Below are positions 28,820 to 41,989 of a stretch of DNA of 64,000 bases, in pieces. This DNA is from Octopus bimaculoides (Eukaryota), in contig NC_068994.1 in the NCBI RefSeq assembly GCF_001194135.2, positions 40,010,415 through 40,074,414 of the forward strand, in the 5' to 3' direction. The first letter of the stretch is position 1. Each line of letters starts with the position of its first letter. The position numbers were made by a program, and so were the translations under genes. The notes beneath the pieces are model-generated. The model saw only the letters and a program-made list of their open reading frames with translations. It was not told the DNA's origin and searched no databases.

Positions 28820-28995
28820 TTGCATGATGAGGATCATGATGAGGTAAACAATAATGATGATTATGATGGTGAGGAAGATGGTGGTGGTGGTGATGGGATG
28901 TTGATGATGGCAAGGTGGTAGCAATGATGGTGTAATAATGAATAATGATGGTAATGATAATGATGGTAGTGATGATGGTGATAGTGATGATGGTG
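28820..28995. repeat. Compound (ATG/GAT/GGT)n trinucleotide microsatellite
   Basis: Read directly; intronic, ~490 nt downstream of the large exon's donor. Confidence 0.85.
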
Positions 28996-29483
28996 AATTT
29001 ACAAAGTGTTATAACATTCAAACTTTCCATTTAACTTCGAAACTTCTCATCAAATATGGATTTTTCTAATTGACATATTTGTCATTACCATAATTATTTG
29101 GATATTTTCTTTAATCAGAGTCATAAAAGGTAAACTTTATAGAAAGTTTAACCTCATTACCAACTCATTATCTAATCTCATGATTAGGGGGTAAAAAAAA
29201 AACAACAAAAAAAAAAACACCTAATTTTTGGCTTGAAAGCTACACAAGAAAATGACATGTTCAATTTTCACATAGGAAAGAGGCTTTGAGAACTTTATCA
29301 TATATGTAATGCAAGCATAATTATTCCCTTAACACTAATCTATGTTAGACAATCGCTTTCATGTTAATAATTATTGTGAAATTAGAAACAATTAGGAAAA
29401 TTAGCACAACATTCAAGGTAGTCTTTATTGTAATTTACAGCACATCAAAAGCAAATTTACAATAATGTAGAAATTATAATTAC

Positions 29484-31808
29484 CTGATGAGTTCCTTTAG
29501 TAAATGGCTGGGAATGAATTTCCATAGTTGAGTCTCTTCCTTTCTGACTAAGCTCATGTTTGGATGATGGTTGTGTTGCACAAAAGTATTCTGACTGTCT
29601 GCTGCAATTCATTAGTTGTTTTGGTGGAACTGCTCCACACTGATACGGAGTGCTCCTTTGGTTTTTTCTCCTGACAATGCATATGGTAATTGAAACAACC
29701 ACTAACACTGATACTGTCACAGCTGCCACTATGATTATGATGAATAAATTGATGTGTATTTTATCGTCAGACTGAAACTGCACTGCTGTCAGTTTAGTTG
29801 ATGTTTTGTTACTGACAGTCAGAGTTAAGGATAATGTAGTAGTAGCTGATAAAACAGGGACACCACTGTCTTTCACTTTAAGTAGAAGATCATACGATCC
29901 AGCATCATTTTGGTAAACAATCCGTGAAAAAGACAGCACACCTGTGTATGGATTGACAGAAAATAAATTTTTACCATTCCCTCCAAATATTTCAAACTTA
30001 ATGAAAGAATTTTGCCGGCTATCCCTATCAGAGGCTCTCAGAACTGTTATGTCATTTTTGCTTTGTGGTTGATAGAAGACATCAAGGCTAAAAGGGTCGA
30101 AGCTGGGAAATGTAAAATACGGTGCATTGTCATTTTCATCCATAACTTCGATAACTATATTTGCTGTGCTACTCAGAGATGGAGTTCCATTATCTTTGGC
30201 CAAAACTTTGAATTTATAAACTTCTTGCTGTTCACGATCTAATGATTGAGTAGTTGAAATAAATCCAAAATCAGATATTTTAAAAGGTAATGCAAATTTA
30301 ATGTTAGAAAAAAGAAAATACGTAAGCTGACTACCTGATCCAAGATCAGAGTCAGTAACGTTAATAAAACCAACAGGAAAGTTAGGCATTTCGTTTTCAT
30401 ATGTTAAAAATTTGAATGTTTCTTTTGTGAATTGTGGTTTTACATCATTAACATCAGTTACTTTGAGAGAAAACTCATGTTCCATTTTCAAAGAAGGAGT
30501 CCCTCTGTCACTGCAAGTTATTGTGAAATTTATTCTACTTTCCCTTTCTCGATCAACAGTCTGCTTTACTGATACTTTGTATCTCTTCTGACCAAGACTC
30601 TGAAGAGTGAACTTATTATGCTGGAGGTCACATGTCACTTGTCCATTCAAACCAATATCATTGTCGACAACTTTCACATATGCAATGAAGCTGCCAACTT
30701 CCATTGCTTCAGATATTGTTGCTGTGTTTCCAGTTAATTCTGAAAAATTTACTTCAATCACTGGAGCATTGTTTTGTTTATTGATAATATTTACCACAAC
30801 TGGTACAACAGAGCTCAGAGGAGGACTGCCATTATCTCTGGCTTCAATAAATAGTTTATAAGTTTGTTTCTTTTCTGGTTTAAATTTTTTGCGAAGAAAG
30901 ATTTCTCCAGTATTTTTATTTATTTCAAAAAACGATTTTGCTCTATCAGATGTCATGGAACTAAAATAGTATGATACATTTCCATTTTTACCTGAATCTA
31001 AATCAGTAGCTGACAAGATAAGAACTGGTATCTCTTTTGCTTGTCTGTTATTCACTGTAATATTGTAAATGTCTTGAGAAAATATTGGTGGATTATCATT
31101 TTCATCTGTAACTGATATTTGAACGTTCAAAATACCATGTTTTGATGGAGTCCCTCCATCTTTACCAATTACCTGCAACTCATATGTGTCTTTAACTTCT
31201 CTGTCTAACTCCCTTTTTAAAATTATTCCAAGTGAATAAGAGCCATCAACTCTCCTGGAAACTGCTAATGTAAATGGATCATCCTCATTTTTTATTAATT
31301 CATAGGTGATCTGTGAATTTATGATACTAACATCTTTGTCGACAGCATGTGGAATTGATTTTTTTGTTCCTTTCCTATCTGTTTCAGCAAAATGAAGACT
31401 GACTACTTTTTCAAGAAACTCTGGTTGATGGTCATTAATATCTTCAATTCTTACTTTGATTTCAAGTACCATGAGGAATGATTTTCCTGTACGCACTGCA
31501 ATATCCACCATTTTGAAACATTTAACATTATATTTACAGAGAGTCTCAGCATCTAATATCTTGGCAGTATACAGTTCTCCTCTTTTAGAAACATTAAACA
31601 ACTGGGAACTGCTTCCTGTTCCTTTTTCTAGTTGGCTGAATTTGATTATACTGTGCTCTTTCGATGAGATATTATCCATTAGATGTGTATCAATAGCAAC
31701 ATTACCTAGCAATGTACCAGGACTTTCACCTTCCCTGATGTGGTAGGTAAAATCCTCACAGATACAGGTGTGTAGATAAATCAATATGACACATATGTGT
31801 GTCAACAT
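29484..31808 (-). CDS. Protocadherin (cephalopod-type), large coding exon: signal peptide + EC1-EC6 + TM + proximal cytoplasmic tail (775 codons)
   Basis: 783-aa ORF with N-terminal hydrophobic signal (MLTHICVILIYLHTCIC). Cadherin linker motifs DINDHQPEF, DENDNPPIF, NKQNNAPVI, DVNDVKPQF and DENDNAPYF; LDRE/VDRE and A/GxDxG motifs. TM INLFIIIIVAAVTVSVLVVVSITICIV followed by RRK. All six ECs lie in one exon, as is typical of protocadherins. Acceptor ttttttttgtttccattgcag| at 31859/31858 with an in-frame TGA between it and the ATG; phase-0 donor CAG|GTAATT at 29484/29483. Confidence 0.96.
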
Positions 31809-32531
31809 GTCACCAGGATTGAGTGTAAGACCGATTCAGTGAAAAAGATCAATAAAACCTGCAATGGAAACAAAAAAAAACCTTTTTCACAAAGACATAA
31901 TATAAACTGATTTCACTGCATGACTTAACAAAAATGTTCTTTAACATTAAATAAATCAAAACAAAACACTTCAAAAAAAAAAAATGTCTCCCTATAAAAC
32001 CGAAATAATTCTCGCAATTTCAAATTTCACAAGAATTTGATCTATAAAATATGAATAGGAAATATTCCTAGTGAACAATAGCAGCAAGATATATATTTCA
32101 AACTGCAATAAAATAAAACAGTCAATGATGTGAAATGGAAGATTTAGAGGAAATGCAAGAAAGCAGCAGATATTCATATTTCTCTCTGTAATAGAGTAAA
32201 ATCCCAAGATTACTTATTCTTATCCCTTGGTTTAATTTATTTCTTTCAAAACAACAATGATACAAGTCATGTATCAGAAGCACACGAGAGAACTCACTCA
32301 ATATCATAGCAATGATACTGAGCAACAACTGTTAACTGAATATAACAAAAAAAGGAAAAAGAAAAGAGAGAAAACACAATAGCTCAAACATGTAAATCTG
32401 CAGTGATTATTACTGGATCAAGTTCAGGCATTTTTGCTTCTTCACTAATAACTAGGTGGGAAGGAGAGCAAAAGCTATTCACGATATATTTTCTGCACTG
32501 ACATGCAATGTTTTCTTTAATATTGTTTTAC

Positions 32532-32600
32532 CTTCTTCAGCAGGCTACCAGCCAGCCAGCCAACCAGCCAGCCAGAATGGTTATGCTTGATATTATGTAT
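32532..32600 (-). other. Candidate non-coding 5' UTR exon of the protocadherin (5' boundary unknown)
   Basis: The large exon begins at a splice acceptor 50 nt before the ATG, so an upstream exon must exist. The nearest good donor I noticed is GAAG|GTAAAA at 32532/32531, following a (TGGC)n tract. Confidence 0.3.
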
Positions 32601-33540
32601 TTCCAAACATGAGACATGTATATTGATTACTATCATACTGCATTTAGAAAAGAATTTATTCTGGTCACATTTAAAGATTTTGGGAAACTGCACTTCCAAC
32701 ACTTCATTCTCACAGCATCTGAAAGTTTTATCATTCTTTAACCATATAGAGTTTTTCATGGAATATTATTTGTTTTGTTATGTTTTTTTTTTGTTTCTTT
32801 TTTGTAAGGTTAAAACTAACACCTTAAAATATGAGAGTGATTGGCAAGTAGAGTTTGTTGCTGGAATGCTTGAGTGACTGAGAGAATAAAAAGCCATTTT
32901 AATACTGAGAGAAATGGTTTGCAAAAGTTAATATAGGTGATCTCCAGAATTTGATATAAAATACAACTATGCTATGAGAATACATCAATAATTTGAACAA
33001 CTAACAAATAAATATCCACAGAATTAATGTTTTTATTTTATTTTCATGGTAATGGGAGAAAGACTTAAGATAATGGTTTGGTTTACAAAATTTTATAAAT
33101 AAAATTTATTGCACACAATAGTGAATAAACATGAAATATAATGGTATTTTGTATATAAACTAAAATAGCTGAAGTACTAAGTTAGTACAAACGAACATGT
33201 AAATATCTATCTATCTGTCTATCTGTCTGTCATTCTATATATATATATTTATGTATATATGTATGTATGTATGTATGTGCGTAGGTGGTTGTGATTGCAT
33301 ATGCATACTGTCTGACTCTCCATCGGTTGCAACATGTGTTTCAGTTCATATAAAGAACTGAACAGCTTGTTCATGAAATTAACATGTAAGTGGCTGAGTA
33401 CTCCACAGACACACATACCTTTAATGTAGCTCCCATGAAAATGCAGAGTATGACAAGGATGGCCCTTTGAACAACAGATATAACTCATTTTTTGCCAGCT
33501 ACTACATCACCAACACTGAGGTTCTCAAGCGAGTAAAGAT

Positions 33541-33950
33541 CACCAGCCTGGAAGCCATTTTATTTGAGACATGACTATGTTGGGCAGGAAACGTTGACTG
33601 GATGTGTGTATATATATATATATAGTTATATATAAACATATATATATATAGTTATATATATTGATATGTATGTAAATATGTTTGTATATATGTGTGTTTA
33701 TGCTTGTGTGGTGAAAGACCACTGCCTACCCAAGATCATTATGTACGGTGAGCTCACCACTGGCCACTGTAACAGGGGGCACTAAAGAAGAATCACAAGG
33801 ACTGCCTGAAGCAGTCCCTTAATGTTGTGACATTGATTATCATGAATGGTCCAATCTAACAGCTGACCATGCTGCTTGGCGGCATACCATCAGTGGTGCT
33901 GTTTCCTACTTTGAGATATCTCACACTGTCTCTCTTGAAGACAAACATCA
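33541..33950 (+). mobile_element. Old RTE (BovB-like) LINE fragment, interrupted at 33605-33713
   Basis: Peptide pieces TSLEAILFET...WAGNVDWM / KDHCLPKIIMYGELTTGHCNRG match the RTE C-terminal GHVxRMxDxRLPKxxxYGEL signature. Confidence 0.7.
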
Positions 33951-34232
33951 GAGGTGAAAAAAAAATACATCATCAAACCCAGGGCATTCTATCATCATTG
34001 CAATTGGATGTCGATCTTACATCAGCCTTATCAGCCACAAATGAGTGAGCAGACATGGACAACAGCCTTCCTAATCTTCATTAGTGAAACCAAGCCAAGA
34101 TATACATATGTATATATACACATATATATATGATGGATACGTGCATACATACACACACATATGTATATATACACATATATATATACACACATATATATAC
34201 ATATATACACACATGCACATACACACATGCAC

Positions 34233-34275
<43 letters not shown>

Positions 34276-34476
34276 TATACATACAGAGACACATACATAG
34301 TGTGTATATGTATGTATCTATCATACATATCACATATTATTGTATGAGTATATATATATATATATATAGATAGATAAATAGATAGATATATAATATATAT
34401 ATATAATTATATGTATATTGATATGTATGTAAATATATTTGTATATATGTATGTTTATGCTTGTGTGGTGTGCATG

Positions 34477-34527
<51 letters not shown>

Positions 34528-34531
34528 TTAA

Positions 34532-34562
<31 letters not shown>

Positions 34563-35074
34563 TGTATATTTTGTTATATATATCTATGTGGTGTGAGTGT
34601 GTATGTATTCATGCATATAGATGATGATGATGATGATGATTAGGATGATGAGGATGATGATGAGCATTTATTTCTTCATTCAACTGAACTACAGCCTCAT
34701 TAAATTAATGTTTAAGCTGACATAATTCACAGGCTTAATCACAATGACACATTGTGTGACAAGGCTGGACACTTCAATTACAAGTACAAATCACTGAATA
34801 GGCTACATGACATCTTGCACTTACTCAGTTTCACTTAAAAGACATGGCTCAGACTGAATGTATTTGGCTAAATGACATGTGCACAAGATATTGTGCTGTC
34901 AGATGAAACCCAAGACCTCACGATAGGGAACCAAAAGTTTATCTATACAGTAAGTTATACAAACATCCACGTGTGCACACACGGACACACATGCACACAC
35001 ATAAAACAGGCTAGAGTAAGAGAGAGAGGGATATATATATGTCTCTCTGATATATATATATATATATATATATA

Positions 35075-36508
35075 CTAGCAGATATACCCGGCTTTGCCCG
35101 GGTTAAAGAGAATAATGAAATCTAAAAACGTCGTCTAGACTACGCAACCCTCAACTGTTAGTAGCAACTGTTAGTAGCAACTGTTAGTAGCTAGTATTTC
35201 TACATTAATAACTCTCCAATGCATGCCAGCATGGAACATCGTCATTAAGTAGAATGCCAGTCTCTCATCTAGGAGGGCCTTGAAATCAATGTTACCAACT
35301 GGGGACTATGTGTGTCGTAGTGATAATAAAAAGACCCAAAGGAGGTCTGCAACGAAATAATTTTACTCAACACTTTGCAAGTGAATCAGTGGAGGCAAAG
35401 ATGCGTCTCATTTACTTGACAATTTATGCACCACATTGTAGAAATCACAATGAAAGTATATCTGAAAGGGTAGTCTTACGCTGTTGTACCGTTGAATTAC
35501 AAATAATGCTCATCTGTTATGTTCAGGTTAAAATTTCATCAACATCAAAAATATATGAATTTTCCTGGGAGTTATGGCCGTTATACANNNNNNNNNNNNN
35601 NNNNNNNNNNNNNNNNNNNNNNNNNNNNNNNNNNNNNNNNNNNNNNNNNNNNNNNNNNNNNNNNNNNNNNNNNNNNNNNNNNNNNNNNNNNNNNNNNNNN
35701 NNNNNNNNNNNNNNNNNNNNNNNNNNNNNNNNNNNNNNNNNNNNNNNNNNNNNNNNNNNNNNNNNNNNNNNNNNNNNNNNNNNNNNNNNNNNNNNNNNNN
35801 NNNNNNNNNNNNNNNNNNNNNNNNNNNNNNNNNNNNNNNNNNNNNNNNNNNNNNNNNNNNNNNNNNNNNNNNNNNNNNNNNNNNNNNNNNNNNNNNNNNN
35901 NNNNNNNNNNNNNNNNNNNNNNNNNNNNNNNNNNNNNNNNNNNNNNNNNNNNNNNNNNNNNNNNNNNNNNNNNNNNNNNNNNNNNNNNNNNNNNNNNNNN
36001 NNNNNNNNNNNNNNNNNNNNNNNNNNNNNNNNNNNNNNNNNNNNNNNNNNNNNNNNNNNNNNNNNNNNNNNNNNNNNNNNNNNNNNNNNNNNNNNNNNNN
36101 NNNNNNNNNNNNNNNNNNNNNNNNNNNNNNNNNNNNNNNNNNNNNNNNNNNNNNNNNNNTCTTTCTCTCTCTTTCTCTCTCTGAAAGTATCTGTCATTAC
36201 AGTATCGAAATGTGATTGTTTCAGTTAGTAGAATAATTTTTTTTTTAAAGTGAAAGTATTTGACATGAGTGTTTTTGTTTCACTTTTGACACGTAACACT
36301 TAGTGGAGAGGATATTATGTTGCTGTGGGATCGAACTCTACAAGAAGTTAAAATTTTTTTGACTAAAACACAACTGGAACCCTAAGTAAGGCATCTGTAA
36401 AATTTGAATGAAATTGGTTGCGTAGTTCTCGAGTTTTAGGGATTCACACACACAGACAGACAGACAGGCAGACAGACAGACACACATTCTCATTTTTATA
36501 TATATAGA
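35075..36508 (-). mobile_element. Non-autonomous Helitron (contains an N gap)
   Basis: Minus strand starts A|TCTATATATATAAAAATGAG with a (TCTG)n tract and ends ...ACCCGG-GCAAAG-CCGGGT hairpin, then ...CTAG|T. These are canonical 5'-TC/CTAG-3' termini, a subterminal hairpin and an A/T insertion site. Internal 13-bp repeat (caactgttagtag) x3 near 35152-35190. Confidence 0.85.
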
Positions 36509-36628
36509 TATATGCCTTTACGTATTTATATATGTGTATGTGTATTTATGTAATATACATACACACACAAACACATGTTATATATGTACATGTGTGTGTT
36601 TGTGTGTATTTGCATGTGNNNNNNNNNN

Positions 36629-36667
<39 letters not shown>

Positions 36668-37045
36668 TAATTGAGTGTACCTTATTGATATCGTTATTTA
36701 TAAAATATACTATTTTGTATCAGTTTTTCTATGGGTTTTATACAAGGGTTGAGATAACTCTAGCAATCATCAGAAAAGACTTCCTTATGATTACCAAGAA
36801 CATCTTAAATGCAGTATGAAACTGACTGATATCAGAATATATTATTGTATTTTATCAAGAATAATATACCCTCTCTTGTAATGAATATATGAGTGGTTGT
36901 ATTTTTCATGCCTCATGGATTTTTCAACAACTACGTATATACAGAAGTCATCCTATTGCACTTAAATATAGCTTACTTTACAACATAGTGACAAGACCTG
37001 AAGAAGGGAACCACAACTGGCTGCAAACTTTCCATAATTCTTTAG

Positions 37046-37086
<41 letters not shown>

Positions 37087-37293
37087 CAAGACTTGCGGAA
37101 TGGAGTAGGAAAAATCTGGGTTACATGTTTCATAGCAAGTGGAACCTCAGAAGTGATAAAATCCCAAACGAGGTGTATACCACCAGCTACTCTTCAGACC
37201 AAGGATATCTTGATTAGATCATAGGCTACAGTGTCACAAGGAAGTACATGTTGATGCAAAGAGAATTCAGTTAGAATGTGTGTGTGTGTGTGA

Positions 37294-37324
<31 letters not shown>

Positions 37325-37843
37325 CACATACACACACGTGTGCGTGTACACAAACACACATGCAGAGGCATGGCTAAGTAGTTGAGAAGTTCCCTTCACA
37401 ACAAATAGTTTTAGGTCCAGACTTCACATTGGAAAAGTGTCTCCTATAAAACATGAGGCTGATCAAGTCCTTGTGAGCGGATTTGAAACTGATACAGAAA
37501 ACCTCTCATATATGCACACACATGCACACATATATGTATATGCATGCGTTTGTGTATGAGAACATTAGTATATTTGTTTATATAAGTGCTTCTCCTAAAT
37601 AACTGAGGTACAAGGAATGATGGTGACGTCAATTGCCATGTTATCATATGTCAGCCTTGTGCTTTCAAAGTTGTGAAAAATTAGAGATACCTCCCATTTC
37701 GAAAATCAAGAAAGAGTTGGCAACATAAAACACATCTGATAATAAAACAAGGTTTCAGTAACATACTCATCTAACTCATGCTGACAGGAGCTAAGGCTGT
37801 AGAAATGAACAAACTAATACATTTTCACACAAACACATATATA

Positions 37844-38679
37844 CAGGGTGTGATGGGTAAACTGTGGCCATTTTATATTTTTAATTTCGTGCATGCATAT
37901 TGTCTGTTCTTGATTTTGTCAACTACACAGTATAGTAGGGTCAGTTGGGCACTGTCTGTGAGAAAAACAGCACCATGATGCAATTCACTCTGCCAGAGAT
38001 TTGGAAACGTCATGCTGTACTGCTTGGCATTCACATCAGAAGATCCAATATGAACATTTCACAGTGTTTGGGTGTCAATCTGAGGTCAGAGCAATCTGAG
38101 AACATGTACCGAGAGAAATCAAAATCAAACATCCAGTCAACATCATGGTGTTAAGAGTGATCACTAGTGATGGCAATGTTATGCTTCCATTCATCTTGGC
38201 ACACAGCCTCACACTCAACAGGGAGGTCTACATTAATTGCCTAGAAGAGGTAGTGCTACCCTGGGTCAAGAGGGTGGTTGCTGGGAGACCTTATGTTTGG
38301 CAATAGGACTCTGCACCATGCCACACAAGCGAGGAGGAGAACCCAGTCATGGTTGTCAGACAGTTTCTGTAACCATATCACCCCCAGTCACTTAACTCCC
38401 TAGACTGCAACCCCTTCATTATTATGTGTGGGGAGCAGTTGAGTGAGAGACCATCCTTGTAACACCAAAGATGAACTGAAGGCAAGGATTATGGCAGCAT
38501 TCACCAACTTAAACAAAGAAACCATCTAGAAGAGATGCAGGAGTCTCTAAAGTTGTGTGGAGGCCATCGTAGTTCAAGATACTTTTATGTAATTTTGGTA
38601 TATATATCTGTTAAAATGAGATGTCAGTATTATTTTCATTTCTGTATAATTTAGATGACAGTTTATTCACCACACCCTG
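37844..38679 (+). mobile_element. Degenerate Tc1/mariner-superfamily transposon (DD37D/maT-like)
   Basis: TIRs cagggtgtgatgggtaaactgtggcc and rc cagggtgtggtgaataaactgtcatc, each flanked by TA. Interrupted transposase: HPVNIMVLRVITSDGNVMLPF...EEVVLPWVKRVVAGRPYVWQ*DSAPCHTS. Confidence 0.85.
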
Positions 38680-39008
38680 TATATGTGTGTATGCATGTAT
38701 GTATGTATGTATTTATGCATGTATGTGTATATATATATATGTGTGTGCATGCATGTAGGCATGCATGCATGTAGGCATGCATGCATGTATGTATGGGTAT
38801 ATATATGTATATGTCTATCTGTGTGTATATATATATAAATATATATATATTTGTATTTCTTTACTGTGGAAATGCGTTTTACATTTCAGCATTCTGAATT
38901 TAACCATTTCAAATTTCTTTTTATAATTTCAATTAGAGAAAGCAATTAAAGTTTATCATCTATGATGACAATAAGAACACTGTACATGTATGATCCTGTC
39001 TGCATTCT

Positions 39009-39040
<32 letters not shown>

Positions 39041-39364
39041 TATACATATAGATGTGCATACATATATGTGCTAGCATAATATATAGTACTGTGTTCCCTG
39101 GAGTGCAGCTCTCACAACAAGAATTGTTCAGAGAAACTAAAGAGAAGAGGACTGTATGACAAGCAACAGTCCAGCTGGGCCCTAATTCTTCGATTGCATA
39201 CCCTCACTGTGACCAGGAAATTTATGCGAATATTGGCCTGATAAATCAACTCAGGACCCACAAAGTGAAGGGTGAAATATATGTGTGTGTGTGTGTTTAT
39301 ATATATATATATATACTTACATACACTCACACACACACACTCACATATATATTCCCATGATTTA

Positions 39365-39402
<38 letters not shown>

Positions 39403-39752
39403 NNNNNNNNNNNNNNNNNNNNNNNNNNNNNNNNNNNNNNNNNNNNNNNNNNNNNNNNNNNNNNNNNNNNNNNNNNNNNNNNNNNNNNNNNNNNNNNNNN
39501 NNNNNNNNNNNNNNNNNNNNNNNNNNNNNNNNNNNNNNNNNNNNNNNNNNNNNNNNNNNNNNNNNNNNNNNNNNNNNNNNNNNNNNNNNNNNNNNNNNNN
39601 NNNNNNNNNNNNNNNNNNNNNNNNNNNNNNNNNNNNNNNNNNNNNNNNNNNNNNNNNNNNNNNNNNNNNNNNNNNNNNNNNNNNNNNNNNNNNNNNNNNN
39701 NNNNNNNNNNNNNNNNNNNNNNNNNNNNNNNNNNNNNNNNNNNNNNNNNNNN

Positions 39753-39799
<47 letters not shown>

Positions 39800-41066
39800 T
39801 CATGTATATGTATGAGTGTATTAATATATACATATACATATTCATACATGTATGTGTGCACATATTTGTATGTATGTATGTATGTATGTATGTGTGTATG
39901 TATTTATGTATGTATTCACTCACACACTGCATGTACATAATTACATAAATATCCATGCCATATTCTATGTATTAACAGCTATTGGATGTCAGGAAAATGA
40001 GTGTTAGTAGGGGAAAATGTGATAAAGATATATAACTGAACATACAGATAGATACACAAGAACATATACATATATAAATATACACACACACTCACACACA
40101 CCCTCACACACACACACACATAACTGTAACATGCACATAAAACAGCTCTGTATGTGAATGTTAGAGAAAGCTAAAAATATAATATTACAAAACTGTAAAA
40201 AAAAAGTTTTTAGAAAATTACAAAAAAATCAATCACATTATTTTATCAACTAAAGAATACTTGAGTAGTTCTAAAAGGTTTCAAAAACATTTGTTAGAGA
40301 AAAAGCTCTCTAATAATAACTGGAAGCATGAGAAATTCTACAATATAAACAATGAATTATTATGAATAAGGAAATTGGAAAAAAATATCCAATTTGTTTT
40401 GTAAAAGCAGAGAAATTTTTTCTACTTCTGTTTGTCAATTTTGAAAACAATAAACAGGATTCAGATTGTGAGTTGCTTCTAATATTTTACTGAGAAATAG
40501 AAGAAGAAAAGTGATAGAGAGAGAAACATGTATTATTAAGGAATTTAAGAAACTTTTTTCTATTAATTTTGGCTTTTGAGTTATGGAAATTATTGGCGTA
40601 ATATTTTAGAAACATCCAAAGTTTGAGATTTTAAAAAAAGTTATAAAAGAATTACATAGATATAATAAATAATGTATTAAATCCATTTGATTTTGTTTTT
40701 GTTCTTAACATAACAGCTTATAGTAATAATTCTAGAGGCTATAAATGCATATTAGCAGAGATACAAATAACATTTGTCCCAATCTGTGTTATAAACTATT
40801 TAGGAATAGGAGGCAAATTTTATATGAATAATTGATATCATATATTCAAATGAGATTTAAAACGACATCTAATTTTAAGCAGTATATAAACTAACATTTC
40901 AGATATACTAGAAAGGGTGATTAGAAAACTTGGAAACTTAAATCTATTATCAAAAAACTATAAGAAAAGTAAAGGGAAAACATTTAATTTAGCAACTTAG
41001 TGTTTGTGTGTGGAAATTTCATTTTGTTAAGAGAAAAGTAATATATGCAAACTACTACTTAGAAAC

Positions 41067-41106
<40 letters not shown>

Positions 41107-41958
41107 TGATGATGATGATGATAATAAATAAAAGGTATTTCAACAACTGTCACAGTCAGACAAAATTACTTTTTAAATGAGAACCATATAGATGTATATG
41201 TTCATATGTTGTGTGTGCGTATATGTGTGTGTATGTTTATATTTTCATGTACGAAATCAATCATAATAAAAACCATAGTATATCCTGAACTTTTGACAAG
41301 CAGATAAGCTTATGCTTATATTTACCAATGAATGTTAGTGTTAAAGTTAGTGTTAAAAATATCACGAACAAAAATACTCCTTGTTAATTAGCTAAATATA
41401 AAAGTAGCAATCCCACTTGAAGATTTTGAATATGCTAATAAAAAAAAGAAAAACACATATATGCAAATATCCCTATTTTGTTTAACTTTAACACTGCTGT
41501 ATTTAAGTATACAAAACTTGATAAAAATTCACATTCTAAACTTGCGCATTGCTAAGTATATTTTTGTTTACTATTATTTAACTTTGTTTTTACTCTGTTA
41601 AGTATTGAAACTGCTTTATAGTGTTTAATAGTTTGAATGCTTGTGACATATGTAACTGTATACATAACATACAGATACTTCACTATATGAAGAATATACA
41701 AATAACAATATATAGCTACTTACTTGCACAAGTGAATCTTCGCCAGTGTGCCATTACATGAGATGTGTATTCTGCTGTAGAGTTGTACAGTTACTGCTGC
41801 TGTTATATGCTAGCAGTGTTATGTGGCTTGGCCTATGTTGTGGTAATGTAAAGTCTGCACTTCTACTAGTCATAGTAGTGTATATGCTATGTTTGATTGT
41901 CTGTTGCAACCAATGAATGGCTTTTGTGAAATCACATGAATACCCCCAACCAAATAAG

Positions 41959-41989
<31 letters not shown>

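Noticed and set aside
28755-29030. His/Thr/Ile-rich ORF near the protocadherin exon
   Set aside because: It is the translation of a compound trinucleotide microsatellite.
30012-31746. Plus-strand ORFs at 30012, 30607 and 31456
   Set aside because: They are antisense shadows of the protocadherin coding exon.
35152-35190. Short direct repeats (13-bp x3 here; 18-bp at 50131) as a possible CRISPR-like array
   Set aside because: The repeats are contiguous with no unique spacers, in a eukaryotic context.
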